Position numbers and translations under genes: made by a program | Shown here: positions 7,212 through 15,472 of the stretch, in pieces | How the letters are laid out: each line of letters opens with the position of its first letter | Numbering within the stretch: the first letter of the stretch is position 1 | Assembly (NCBI RefSeq): GCF_900232105.1 | Contig: NZ_LT934425.1 | Location: forward strand, 990,001 to 1,022,000 | DNA length: 32,000 nt | Source of the DNA: Candidatus Kuenenia stuttgartensis | GTDB lineage: Bacteria; Planctomycetota; Brocadiia; Brocadiales; Brocadiaceae | Direction: 5' to 3' | Notes under the pieces: generated by a model | What the model saw: the letters and a program-made list of their open reading frames with translations, nothing else | Told to the model about the DNA's origin: nothing | Databases searched by the model: none

Positions 7212-7655
7212 CTACTTTTTTAACGGATTAAAAACCCTGGCGCCAATATACTCTGCAACCTTGCAAAGGTTTTCATCCGCAGAGACAAAAAGCCAGGCAC
7301 TTTCAGAAACCAAACTAAAACATCCGAGATGTAATGCGTCCAATGTTCTAAGCCCATGTTCCTTGCCGTGTCTTTTTAACAAGTCTTCTGCCTCTTGAAC
7401 AATTGCATGACTTAAGGGTTCGATGTTGAAACGAGTGAGTTCTGCTTCAAATCCGTCAATTGCTTCAGCTAACGACTTTTCATTTATTTCTTTACCTCTA
7501 AACCTTCTATGTAAAACACTGATAAACTCTAGTGTTGCCAATTCCAAAATCCAGGGTTCGTTCTCTTGCGAATTTAACAGGTCGGTAATCGCTTCCGTGC
7601 CCTCTTCATTATGGAAGAATTTTGCAAGCGCCGAGGTATCAAAGAATAGAATCAT
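7212..7655 (-). CDS. PIN-domain toxin (VapC-like)
   Basis: 147 aa: MILFFDTSALAKFFHNEEG...LRTLDALHLGCFSL...FVSADENL. It has the conserved acidic residues of PIN domains and a 4-nt overlap with the upstream small ORF. Confidence 0.85.
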   Translation of the reverse strand: MILFFDTSALAKFFHNEEGTEAITDLLNSQENEPWILELATLEFISVLHRRFRGKEINEKSLAEAIDGFEAELTRFNIEPLSHAIVQEAEDLLKRHGKEHGLRTLDALHLGCFSLVSESAWLFVSADENLCKVAEYIGARVFNPLKK

Positions 7656-7867
7656 ATCCTATCTTCTCTCTGTAATTTTATATCCTCACTCAACGACCCT
7701 TTACATTGCTTTAAAGCCTTCCTAACCCTCAGATAGGCTGGTTCCCCCTCTCGGCTCTCACGTTTTCTATCCCTCGCTTTCAAGGAAAGTATCATTTCAT
7801 ACACTGTTATCAATTCAGAAGGGCTCAATGTTTCAAGTTCTTTTATTGTCTGTTCTTTTATTTTCAT
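7652..7867 (-). CDS. Putative antitoxin partner of VapC-like toxin
   Basis: A 71-aa ORF directly upstream of and overlapping the PIN gene, with a charged C-terminal tail ...KGSLSEDIKLQREDRI. The family is not recognised, so the call rests on position and size. Confidence 0.55.
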   Translation of the reverse strand: MKIKEQTIKELETLSPSELITVYEMILSLKARDRKRESREGEPAYLRVRKALKQCKGSLSEDIKLQREDRI

Positions 7868-8077
7868 TTAAATACCTCCCAACAAATAATGGTATTGCCG
7901 TGTTCATGGCATGGGGTCATGGGGTCAAGTCTTGTTTCTTGATTCTGCCGAAAAAGTCGTCTGCCAAAGAGGATGCCAGGAATTTTCTATCCAGAATGCC
8001 CCACAATCGACTTTCTCCGTTCTATGTAATGGTATCAAACCTTCATTATTTAATTATCATCCTCTTCAATTTCTGGC

Positions 8078-8112
8078 TAATTATTTTTGCCACGAAGGCA
8101 CTAAGACACAAA
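8078..8112. repeat. Family A-like core fragment
   Basis: taattatttttgccacgaaggcactaagacacaaa matches the central core of family A (taattatttttgccacgaagggactaagacacaaa at 6935-6969). A further variant, ttttgccacgaagacacttagacacaaagg, lies at 9650-9679. Confidence 0.7.
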
Positions 8113-8291
8113 TAGCATTCTTACCACAGATACAGGCAAATACCAAATCTCAAACAACAAATTTCAAATAATATACAAAATCCAATTTTAATAATACAAG
8201 TTTTATTATTTTGACTTGCCAAAGTTATTTTTACTCAATATCTTTTATCAGTGCTTATTTGTATATCTGTAGCTACATAATTGTTACTCTT

Positions 8292-9596
8292 TTATGCTCT
8301 TTTTACCTTATCAGAATGATTCGTATGATTCTTAATTAAATTTCTCGTATCAACGATAAGCTTTGAATTTTTTAGAATGAAATCAGGGTCGTAATCAGCA
8401 TGCTCTGTTGCGATAACAACCGCATCATATTTAGCAAGCGTCTCGGCATGTAAAGGGACTGAACTATTATTAAAGGAATATTTCCTCATTTTCGGGAGAA
8501 CCGGTATATACGGGTCGTTGTAGTCAACATGGGCGTCTTTCTCCCCAAGAAGCTCCATGATCTTCAGCGAGGGAGATTCACGGGTATCGTCTATATCTTT
8601 TTTATATGAAAGCCCCAGTATTAAAATCTTTGCGCCCTTAATGCTTTTCCCTTTCTCATTAAGCGCCTCAACAGTCTTTTGAACCACATAATAAGGCATG
8701 TTGGTATTTATTTCCCCTGCAAGCTCTATAAACCGGGTGGAAAACTCGTATTCCCGCGCCTTCCAGGTCAAATAAAAGGGATCGATAGGTATGCAATGTC
8801 CACCAAGACCCGGGCCGGGATAAAATGCCTGAAATCCAAAGGGTTTTGTCTTCGCCGCCTCTATGACCTCCCACACATCAATCCCCATCCTGTCAAAAAG
8901 CATCTTCAGTTCGTTCACCATCGCAATATTCACTGATCTATAGATATTCTCAAGTAGTTTTGTGGCCTCCGCAACTCTTGTTGAAGAAACCGGGACGGTC
9001 TTTACCACTACCGAATCATAAAGGGCTTGTGCAACGGTAAGACAATTATTCGTATAACCGCCAACCACTTTCGGGATGGTCCTTGTTGAAAAACCCTTAT
9101 TATTCGGGTCTTCCCGCTCCGGTGAAAACGCCAGATAAAAGTCCTCGCCAGCTTTTAACCCTGACTCCTCAAGCATGGGTCTCATGTCCTCATCCGTAGT
9201 CCCTGGATACGTAGTAGATTCAAGGACAATAAGCTGACCCTTGCGAAGATTTCTGGCAATGGTCTTTGTTGTGTTAAAGACATATGACATATCAGGCTCA
9301 CGGTATTTGTTCAGAGGCGTCGGAACACATATGATGATGCAGTCCATAGCTGACAACATCGAAAAATCCGTGGTGGGAGTGAAACGCGATCCGGCGTCCG
9401 TGATACGTGAACTATCAATATGTTTTATGTAGCTTTTGCCCTGGCTCAATAATGTTACTTTTTCTTGATCAATGTCGAAGCCGGTAACCTGAAACCCAGC
9501 CTTACAGAATTCAATGACCAGCGGCAATCCAACATAGCCGAGGCCGATGATACCAATATGCGACTTCTTTGATTTAATTTTTTCGATTAGTTCCAT
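8292..9596 (-). CDS. Nucleotide-sugar dehydrogenase (UDP-GlcNAc/UDP-ManNAc 6-dehydrogenase family)
   Basis: 434 aa, with an N-terminal Rossmann motif IGIIGLGYVGLPL, ...GGHCIPIDP (catalytic Cys region) and the C-terminal UDP-binding domain LGLSYKKDIDDTRESP. Confidence 0.9.
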   Translation of the reverse strand: MELIEKIKSKKSHIGIIGLGYVGLPLVIEFCKAGFQVTGFDIDQEKVTLLSQGKSYIKHIDSSRITDAGSRFTPTTDFSMLSAMDCIIICVPTPLNKYREPDMSYVFNTTKTIARNLRKGQLIVLESTTYPGTTDEDMRPMLEESGLKAGEDFYLAFSPEREDPNNKGFSTRTIPKVVGGYTNNCLTVAQALYDSVVVKTVPVSSTRVAEATKLLENIYRSVNIAMVNELKMLFDRMGIDVWEVIEAAKTKPFGFQAFYPGPGLGGHCIPIDPFYLTWKAREYEFSTRFIELAGEINTNMPYYVVQKTVEALNEKGKSIKGAKILILGLSYKKDIDDTRESPSLKIMELLGEKDAHVDYNDPYIPVLPKMRKYSFNNSSVPLHAETLAKYDAVVIATEHADYDPDFILKNSKLIVDTRNLIKNHTNHSDKVKRA

Positions 9597-9759
9597 AGTT
9601 GTTTTGTTTTAGCCTCGCGATTACAAAAGATATATTTTTAACCCGTGAATTTTGCCACGAAGACACTTAGACACAAAGGGGTTTTGCCACAGATGGAGAC
9701 CCCGTACGATATAACCTTTGGTTCCATACAGGGCGGGCAAGGATAAATACAAATAAAAA

Positions 9760-10053
9760 ATAACATTTTAGCTTTTTGAAAAATTCACAGGATAGAAAAA
9801 ATACCATGTAGCCCCGGCAGGGGCGGTCTGTTTGTAGCACAATAAAATTCAATAGAATAAATAGCTCCGTAGGAGCGGCATGTCCGTATTCAGGCAGACC
9901 TGTTTATATGGATTTACAAAAGACAGATCACTCCTAATTGCAGAGACAGGTTTCAAACCTGTCTCTACGATCTGTTATAATATCCTATTTTACCACAAAC
10001 AGGCTGCTCCTACGGAGCTTATTAGTACATTTTTCAAAAAACTAAAGTGTTAC
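9760..10053. repeat. Family B MITE copy B2
   Basis: ataacattttagctttttgaaaaa (9760-9783) pairs with tttttcaaaaaactaaagtgttac (10030-10053). The cargo is related to B1 (gtagccccggcaggggcggtctgtttgtag...tagctccgtaggagc...) plus the hairpin gagacaggtttcaaacctgtctc. ataaaaaa(taac) is repeated at both flanks. Confidence 0.75.
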
Positions 10054-10425
10054 GATAAAAAATAACTCACAAATCCCAAATAATTTCTCTATGGATCATA
10101 TGCATTCACTTACATACCTGCCAGCAGGCAGGCCGCGCCTGCTGATTTAATTTACAGGGACTTCGTCCCTCTCAGTTACATGAATAACTTCTGTAACCAG
10201 TTAACGAATACAGCATAAACCTGGCAGTCAGAGATCAGAGGTCAGCAGTCGGTAGTCGGCAATTTGCCGGGCGCCGAGTGCTACGGCATCTTAGAAAATT
10301 CCAGGGATCTATGCCATACGCAGCCAAAAAGAGTTTAACCACAAAGGGATTGGCCAGGCCTTTGGCTGAAACCAAATTCGAAATACTAATATCGAAATAC
10401 GAAACAAATTCAAATGACAAAAAAC

Positions 10426-10575
10426 ATAACACTTTAGTTTTTTGAAAAATTCCAACAGTAACGATGTTTGCCGCATAGTGTAGGGGCGAAGCATTTGCTG
10501 TAATTGCCATAAATGCGTTCATACTCAAATGAGCAAATGCTTCGCCCCTACTTTTTCAAAAAAGTAGAGTATTAC
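10426..10575. repeat. Family B MITE copy B3 (inverted relative to B4/B6; right TIR degenerate)
   Basis: ataacactttagttttttgaaaaa...gtaggggcgaagcatttgct-gtaattgccataaatgcgttcatactcaaatg-agcaaatgcttcgcccctac...tttttcaaaaaagtagagtattac. Confidence 0.7.
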
Positions 10576-10897
10576 TGGCACATCGTTTCGTTAAAATGTA
10601 TACGTAAAAAAATGTCATTGCGAGGAGTAGAGCGACGAAGCAACCTCTTGTTCCCAAAAAACTTAAGATTGCTTCGCTGTCGCCCGCAATGACGGTATCA
10701 ATGTAGATATTTTAATGAAACGCTATACTAGATTTTCACCGTCATACCTGCCTACAGGCTGTCTTCAGTCGGCGGGCCGCGGTCTGTAATTTGTAATTTG
10801 CGGGAGTATTCCCGATTTTTTGTAAAAATGCCATTAGCAGGGGGGTGTGGAAGAATAGTGACTCAAGCTTCCAGCTTGAGGGTAAAATAACGCAAGC

Positions 10898-11007
10898 AGT
10901 CATCATGTTGCATTAGCAACACTCAGAAACGATGAAAATGGTTTTATAGCCATATCGTGTTGTAGTATCTGTGTTTAAACTATTTTTTGTAGTCTTACTT
11001 CCGAGTT
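10898..11007. repeat. 110-bp direct repeat, copy 1
   Basis: gcagtcatcatgttgcattagcaacactcagaaacgatgaaaatggttttatagccatatcgtgttgtagtatctgtgtttaaactattttttgtagtcttac... is about 90% identical to 11358-11467. Confidence 0.85.
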
Positions 11008-11138
11008 GGAAACATCTGGCATTTCTGTTTCTGTACCAGTTCACCTTAGTATATGGCCATCCAAAAGGTATCAGCTTGTCATTACAGTGGGTCTCCGCTT
11101 GTCTCCGCTTGTCATTGCGAGGGTCTTTTCCGAAGCAA

Positions 11139-11279
11139 TCAATATACTACGAGATATTTCGTGACATAAGAAACGCCATATCGCGGGAGAAGCAAATTAA
11201 GGGTGGCTCAAGGGCTAAAAAAATAGAATTAGTTAATGGGATGAATGCAGGATGGAAGGATCTCTTTGACGGTTTATGA
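11139..11279 (+). pseudogene. GIY-YIG nuclease (UPF0213-like) C-terminal fragment
   Basis: ...YYEIFRDIRNAISREKQIKGGSRAKKIELVNGMNAGWKDLFDGL* matches the C-terminal half of small GIY-YIG proteins, but the GIY/YIG N-terminal half is missing. It is bracketed by inverted repeats gtcattgcgagggtcttttccgaagcaa (11111-11138) and ttgcttcggaaaagaccctcgcaatgac (11282-11309). Confidence 0.65.
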
Positions 11280-11357
11280 GGTTGCTTCGGAAAAGACCCT
11301 CGCAATGACAAGCTGATGCCCTTGTAATGACAAAATAAGTCATCAGCATCAGTCAAC

Positions 11358-11467
11358 AGTCATCATGTTGCATTAGCAACACCCAGGAACTATGAAAATG
11401 GGTTTATAACCATATAGTGTTGTAGTATCTGTACTTAAACTATTTTTTGTAGTCTTATTTTCGAGCC
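11358..11467. repeat. 110-bp direct repeat, copy 2
   Basis: See 10898-11007. The two copies are spaced 460 bp apart and flank the GIY-YIG remnant. Confidence 0.85.
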
Positions 11468-11469
11468 AG

Positions 11470-12072
11470 GATGCTTGTGGTACAGTGTACAATTAGTTAA
11501 CCAAAAGTCGGGAATGCTCCTGTTCAAACTATGTCCCCCGCTGGCGGGGGTGCAGGGGGTGGACCGGATTTCTCCATCGATTCAACTACCCCTTTATTAT
11601 GAAAACAAATTTGCCCCTCTTTCCCACGCAGACAGACTGGGCAAAATGAACTTTGCTGTCTCAAAAGCGGGAACAACTCCCGGCATTATGCCTGTTTTCA
11701 ACCATATTTAGTACTATTTTCCCATTAAAGTGGGGAATGCCTGTCGTAAAATAGGATAAAATTGCCCATTTGACCAGGCCTGAGAGCTTGGGAATGAGAA
11801 GAAAAACTTATGGCTATTCATGTTATAAACCTCCAGGATTTCCTCCGCAGACAATTCCACCCCCTTAATCCCCCGCCAGCGGGGGACAGGCTTACCACAT
11901 CCCTTGCAGGCTTTCATGCCCTTGTGGGGTTGATACTATGGAGCAAATTAAGGTGCATTCCCGGTTTTTTGTGACTTCTGCCATGTTTTAATGAAACGTA
12001 CAGTAGTATTAACCCCTGGCAGCGTTGTTTTGCCCCAATCACACAAACGGTTACAAAAAATCGGGTATGCTC
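11470..12072. repeat. Repeat family C, uninterrupted copy (internal inverted arms around CCCCCGCTGGCGGGGG)
   Basis: ...aaagtcgggaatgctcctgttcaaactatgtcccccgctggcgggggtgcagggggtggaccggatttctccatcgattcaactacccctttattatgaaaac... and ...ttccacccccttaatcccccgccagcgggggacagg...ggttacaaaaaatcgggtatgctc. It is paralogous to 22469-22566 plus 24579-24873, the copy split by the second IS. Confidence 0.8.
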
Positions 12073-12207
12073 TTCGCCTCTCTGTTGTGTCAACACTTTA
12101 TTTACGCGTAGCAGTTTACAGACGCATGCAATGCGTCTCTACAAAAATATTGAAATTCCTATACGTAAATTCAGCGCCTAAACCCTGTCCTTACTCCTTA
12201 CTTATAA

Positions 12208-14760
12208 TCATCTATAATAATACGCGCCGGTTTCTGTATAATTCATGATGGTGCCAAGAAGTTTTGTTTTTGTTTCTTTTATAATAGCTGTTGCCTGATC
12301 AACCTCATCAACGGTGACATGCCCTGATTTGGCCACCAGGATCACACCATCTGCCAATGGCAGTAATGGAGTAACACTGCCCGTTGCGTTTAACAAGGGC
12401 GGTGTATCCACAAGCACCACGTCATACCGTTGTTTCAACAGGTTCAGGAATTTTTCAAAAAGCTGAAAATAGGTCCTTCCTTCCGGAAAAATCTCCCCGG
12501 TTCCAAATCGCAGGAGTGAGATATTTGAGCCATTTAACGTTGTCACGTTCGATAATATCTCACGTTCCAATAATCTGCTTCCCCCCAAACGCCCCAAACG
12601 GTTGATCACCGGAGTAAAGTCCTCCTGGAAAAATACCCTTTTATCTTCGTACGTTTCTATACTTCCCGGTTTGAATGAATACGTTCCCTCTTTCCAACTG
12701 AATAGTTTCTGGAGATGTTCTTCTATCTGCAATTTGATAGGACCTTTTAATTGTTCCTGATTTATATAGCCCGCATTGATGAGGATATATCCCAACGGCA
12801 ATTTCGTGCGCTGGTTTCGTTCCATGGCGTCTTTCAACTGGGTCTCATTGATAAAACCCCCTCGCAGGAGCATCGTTCCCAATCTGTTGGTAAATGGAGT
12901 GTCCTCATTGTCAATATGAAAAAGGTTGCCATTTTCAAAGATGGTGGTAATCTTTTGTAATTCGTTGGAAACAGTCAGCTCTCCGCTCAATTTTTTTAAT
13001 GAAATAATGGAAAAAAGATCGTCCACACTGCAATTGCACAAAGAACCATCCTGTATTTGCCATGACCGGATTTTTTCCATTGCATTTGACATTCCGGCAT
13101 TTTCATTATCTTTTAATCCAAACAAATTGCTTAAACTCGTGTTGTACACGTCCGCATCCACCATTATCACGCGTAACCCACCCTTTGCCATACTTACTGC
13201 CAATTTTGTAATAACCGTGGTCTTACCCTCCCCCGGCGTGGCGCTTCCTACCATCATGGCCTGCCCGCTCATTCCTGTCTGCATAAAAGGCAACCGGTTG
13301 ATAATACAATCGGAATTGGTGTGATAATAATAACCGCCTTTCTGATTCTTCTGCCCCGGAGATTTTCCGTTGCCGGATAAAGCCAGCACCCCCTCTTTCT
13401 TTAATGATTTCATATACGGTATCGTGCCGAGAACCGGCATACTCGTACACTGGACAATTTCTTCCTGAGTTTTGACCGTGTTGTCCATATATTCACGGAA
13501 AAATACAAGGCCTGTTCCAAATGTTAAGCCTACCACGACCGATAGAAGGACGTTTAATTTCTTTCTTGGTTTTGATGGAAATAGAGGAGCTTCCGCTTTA
13601 TCAACAACACGGATTGTGTCCTTCTTCATGTTTCCTGTTAAATTAATCTCCTTTGCCTGATTAATCAGGATATCGTAAATCGCCTGATCACTCATTGCCT
13701 CCAGATGTAAAATATCGTAATTTATTGCTCCTCCCGCCTTGACCAAAGACATTTGTTCCTGGATATCCTGCATTTTTGGGTTTGTACTTTCAAAGGCGAT
13801 GATACTGTCCAGTTCTCTCTTAATTGACGAACAGACCTTCTTCACCTCTTCAATGATTTCCTGCTCAAGCCCCTTTATGCTTGCATTTGCTTCTATCATC
13901 CTGGGATGATTTGGCCCGTACTTTTTAGTGTTTGCCAATACCGATTCTTTAAGGCTGCACAGTTGTTTGTAAAGTTCATCAATAACTTTATTTTCTTTTA
14001 TTTCGGGAAACAAGAATATACTTTCATCGTCAAAAGAAAAGGATCGAAGTTTTTCATATTTATATTGAAATGCCGCCTTCTGCGAATCACCTACTTTAAA
14101 CTTCTGCCCTTGAATCTGTGATTTCAGCCAATCGAGCGCCTGCTGTGATGACATACGTTGTATCTGGCTACTCCTCTCTATAAAAGCATGGGCGTGGGCA
14201 TTGGCTACGCGTGCGGATGTTTCCGGGGATTTGTTTGAAAAGCTGATATTTACCAGATGTGTTTCACGAATGGGTTCTATCTGAAGATTTTTTAAATACC
14301 AGTCGATCATTTCAGATGTCACCTCTGCGTCTGACAAAGGCAAGGAACTTTCGGTATCGTTCTCATCGGGAGCTGTCTCTGGTGAACCTGTTTTCTCAGG
14401 CGCATCACGATAAAATACTTCACTGAGTTCGTTCTCCTGAATAACTTGTTTCGCAAGACTCCTGCTGGCAAGTAGTTTGTATTGTGTCTGGTAGTACTCC
14501 TTATCCGTGGCGTCTATCCGCATAACATCAGCCATTTCTTCCATAAAAGACTTTTTGTTATCGATGATAATCTGTGTTGTCGCTTTGTAGACAGGCGTTA
14601 CAGTAAACGACAGATAGGTAACGACGGAAACCACTGCAGTGAAGAAAATTACCAATATCCATATATGTTTTCTTATGATGTTAAGATAATCCGTAAGATG
14701 AACCTCGCGATTAAGCGGTTTCCTACCAAATGTATTGTTAAATTCGTTATTTTGGTTCAA
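12208..14760 (-). CDS. Polysaccharide co-polymerase / tyrosine autokinase (Wzc/GumC-like BY-kinase) with inserted DUF4388 + MshEN-like module
   Basis: 850 aa with a TTG start preceded by aaggagag. It has an N-terminal TM, a long coiled region and a second TM. Kinase motifs are Walker A SATPGEGKTT, Walker A' VIMVDADV and Walker B YDVVLVDTPP, with a C-terminal Tyr cluster GAYYYR. About 250 aa separate A' from B (see findings). Confidence 0.85.
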   Translation of the reverse strand: MNQNNEFNNTFGRKPLNREVHLTDYLNIIRKHIWILVIFFTAVVSVVTYLSFTVTPVYKATTQIIIDNKKSFMEEMADVMRIDATDKEYYQTQYKLLASRSLAKQVIQENELSEVFYRDAPEKTGSPETAPDENDTESSLPLSDAEVTSEMIDWYLKNLQIEPIRETHLVNISFSNKSPETSARVANAHAHAFIERSSQIQRMSSQQALDWLKSQIQGQKFKVGDSQKAAFQYKYEKLRSFSFDDESIFLFPEIKENKVIDELYKQLCSLKESVLANTKKYGPNHPRMIEANASIKGLEQEIIEEVKKVCSSIKRELDSIIAFESTNPKMQDIQEQMSLVKAGGAINYDILHLEAMSDQAIYDILINQAKEINLTGNMKKDTIRVVDKAEAPLFPSKPRKKLNVLLSVVVGLTFGTGLVFFREYMDNTVKTQEEIVQCTSMPVLGTIPYMKSLKKEGVLALSGNGKSPGQKNQKGGYYYHTNSDCIINRLPFMQTGMSGQAMMVGSATPGEGKTTVITKLAVSMAKGGLRVIMVDADVYNTSLSNLFGLKDNENAGMSNAMEKIRSWQIQDGSLCNCSVDDLFSIISLKKLSGELTVSNELQKITTIFENGNLFHIDNEDTPFTNRLGTMLLRGGFINETQLKDAMERNQRTKLPLGYILINAGYINQEQLKGPIKLQIEEHLQKLFSWKEGTYSFKPGSIETYEDKRVFFQEDFTPVINRLGRLGGSRLLEREILSNVTTLNGSNISLLRFGTGEIFPEGRTYFQLFEKFLNLLKQRYDVVLVDTPPLLNATGSVTPLLPLADGVILVAKSGHVTVDEVDQATAIIKETKTKLLGTIMNYTETGAYYYR

Positions 14761-14814
14761 GGCTTTGCTCTCCTTATAAAAGATACGTATAGTTTCTTAT
14801 CAGTAATTTTTTTG

Positions 14815-14951
14815 GCAACACTTTAGTCTTTTGAAAAAGTAGGGGCGAAGCATTTGCTCGTTTGGGTATGAACGCATTTATGACAATTTACAGCAAATGC
14901 TTCGCCCCTAAACTACGACTATTGGAATTTTTCAAAAAACTAAAGTGTTGC
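14815..14951. repeat. Family B MITE copy B4, inserted in the wzc-like leader
   Basis: gcaacactttagtcttttgaaaaa-gtaggggcgaagcatttgct...agcaaatgcttcgcccct...-tttttcaaaaaactaaagtgttgc. The flanking leader sequence is contiguous in the paralogous wza-like leader (16168-16212). Confidence 0.8.
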
Positions 14952-15472
14952 CTCCTTTGTATTTTTTGGCAAAATATTTAATGGTTAAATCCGAAATACT
15001 AAATACAAATCCCCCCCCTGCACCCTCGCCAGCGGGGGACATTCTCCCCCTTTGTAGGGGGCAAGGGGGAGGATTTTAGAATATGTTTCATATTTTCATG
15101 CTTCGCGCTTGCTTGGTGGGAGCATTCCTGATTTTTTGTAACAGTTTAGATTTTTGGAAAAACAAAAATGCTCGTTCCCAAGCTCCGGCTTGGGAACGTA
15201 ATTGCGTTGGAAGCTCTAGCTTCCATTTAGCCGGCAAGCGAAGCTTCATGTATTATTCGATTCAAAAGAGGTTTCCAAATATCTTGGGTAACATACTGAA
15301 AAGCCTCCAAGCTGACATCCTGGGTTCATTCCCTTTTCCATTCGAAGCTGGAGCTTCTCAAACAATCCCGTTCCCAAGCCGGAGCTTGGGAACGAGCGGT
15401 TTTTTTACCCACCCATTATTCCCCTCTTGGGAAGGGAATAATGAGTGGGTTGACGGCATAATGAAAAACCTT

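Noticed and set aside
9760-10600. Possible CRISPR array, because of many short palindromic repeats in the 5.5-6.3, 9.7-12.1, 14.8-15.5 and 21.6-22.5 kb regions.
   Set aside because: There is no regularly spaced identical direct repeat with unique spacers. The repeats are inverted pairs with nested organisation and variable spacing, and no cas genes are present.
11714-11917. The track ORF (67 aa, minus) and its look-alike at 24597-24842 share ...CKGCGKPVPRWRGIKGVELSAEEI.EVYNMNSHKFFFSF. At first sight this is a conserved small Cys-containing protein.
   Set aside because: The shared stretch is exactly the inverted arm of repeat family C (ccacccccttaatcccccgccagcgggggac...). The two translations diverge completely outside the repeat, have different N- and C-termini, and show no RBS. 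This is most simply translated repeat DNA.
11952-12072. The pair of GGTGCATTCCCGGTTTTTTGTGAC / GGTTACAAAAAATCGGGTATGCTC words as a discrete 120-bp MITE, like 22197-22336.
   Set aside because: Comparison with the paralog at 24820-24873 shows that the right-hand word belongs to family C itself. Only the left part (about 115 nt between cccttgcag and cgttgtttt) is extra, so the apparent TIR pair is probably a half-element inserted next to a pre-existing word.
12120-12138. A GC-rich hairpin, agacgcat-gca-atgcgtct, about 70 nt downstream of the wzc-like stop, as a Rho-independent terminator.
   Set aside because: No U tract follows the stem on the minus-strand transcript, so it does not meet the canonical intrinsic-terminator pattern.
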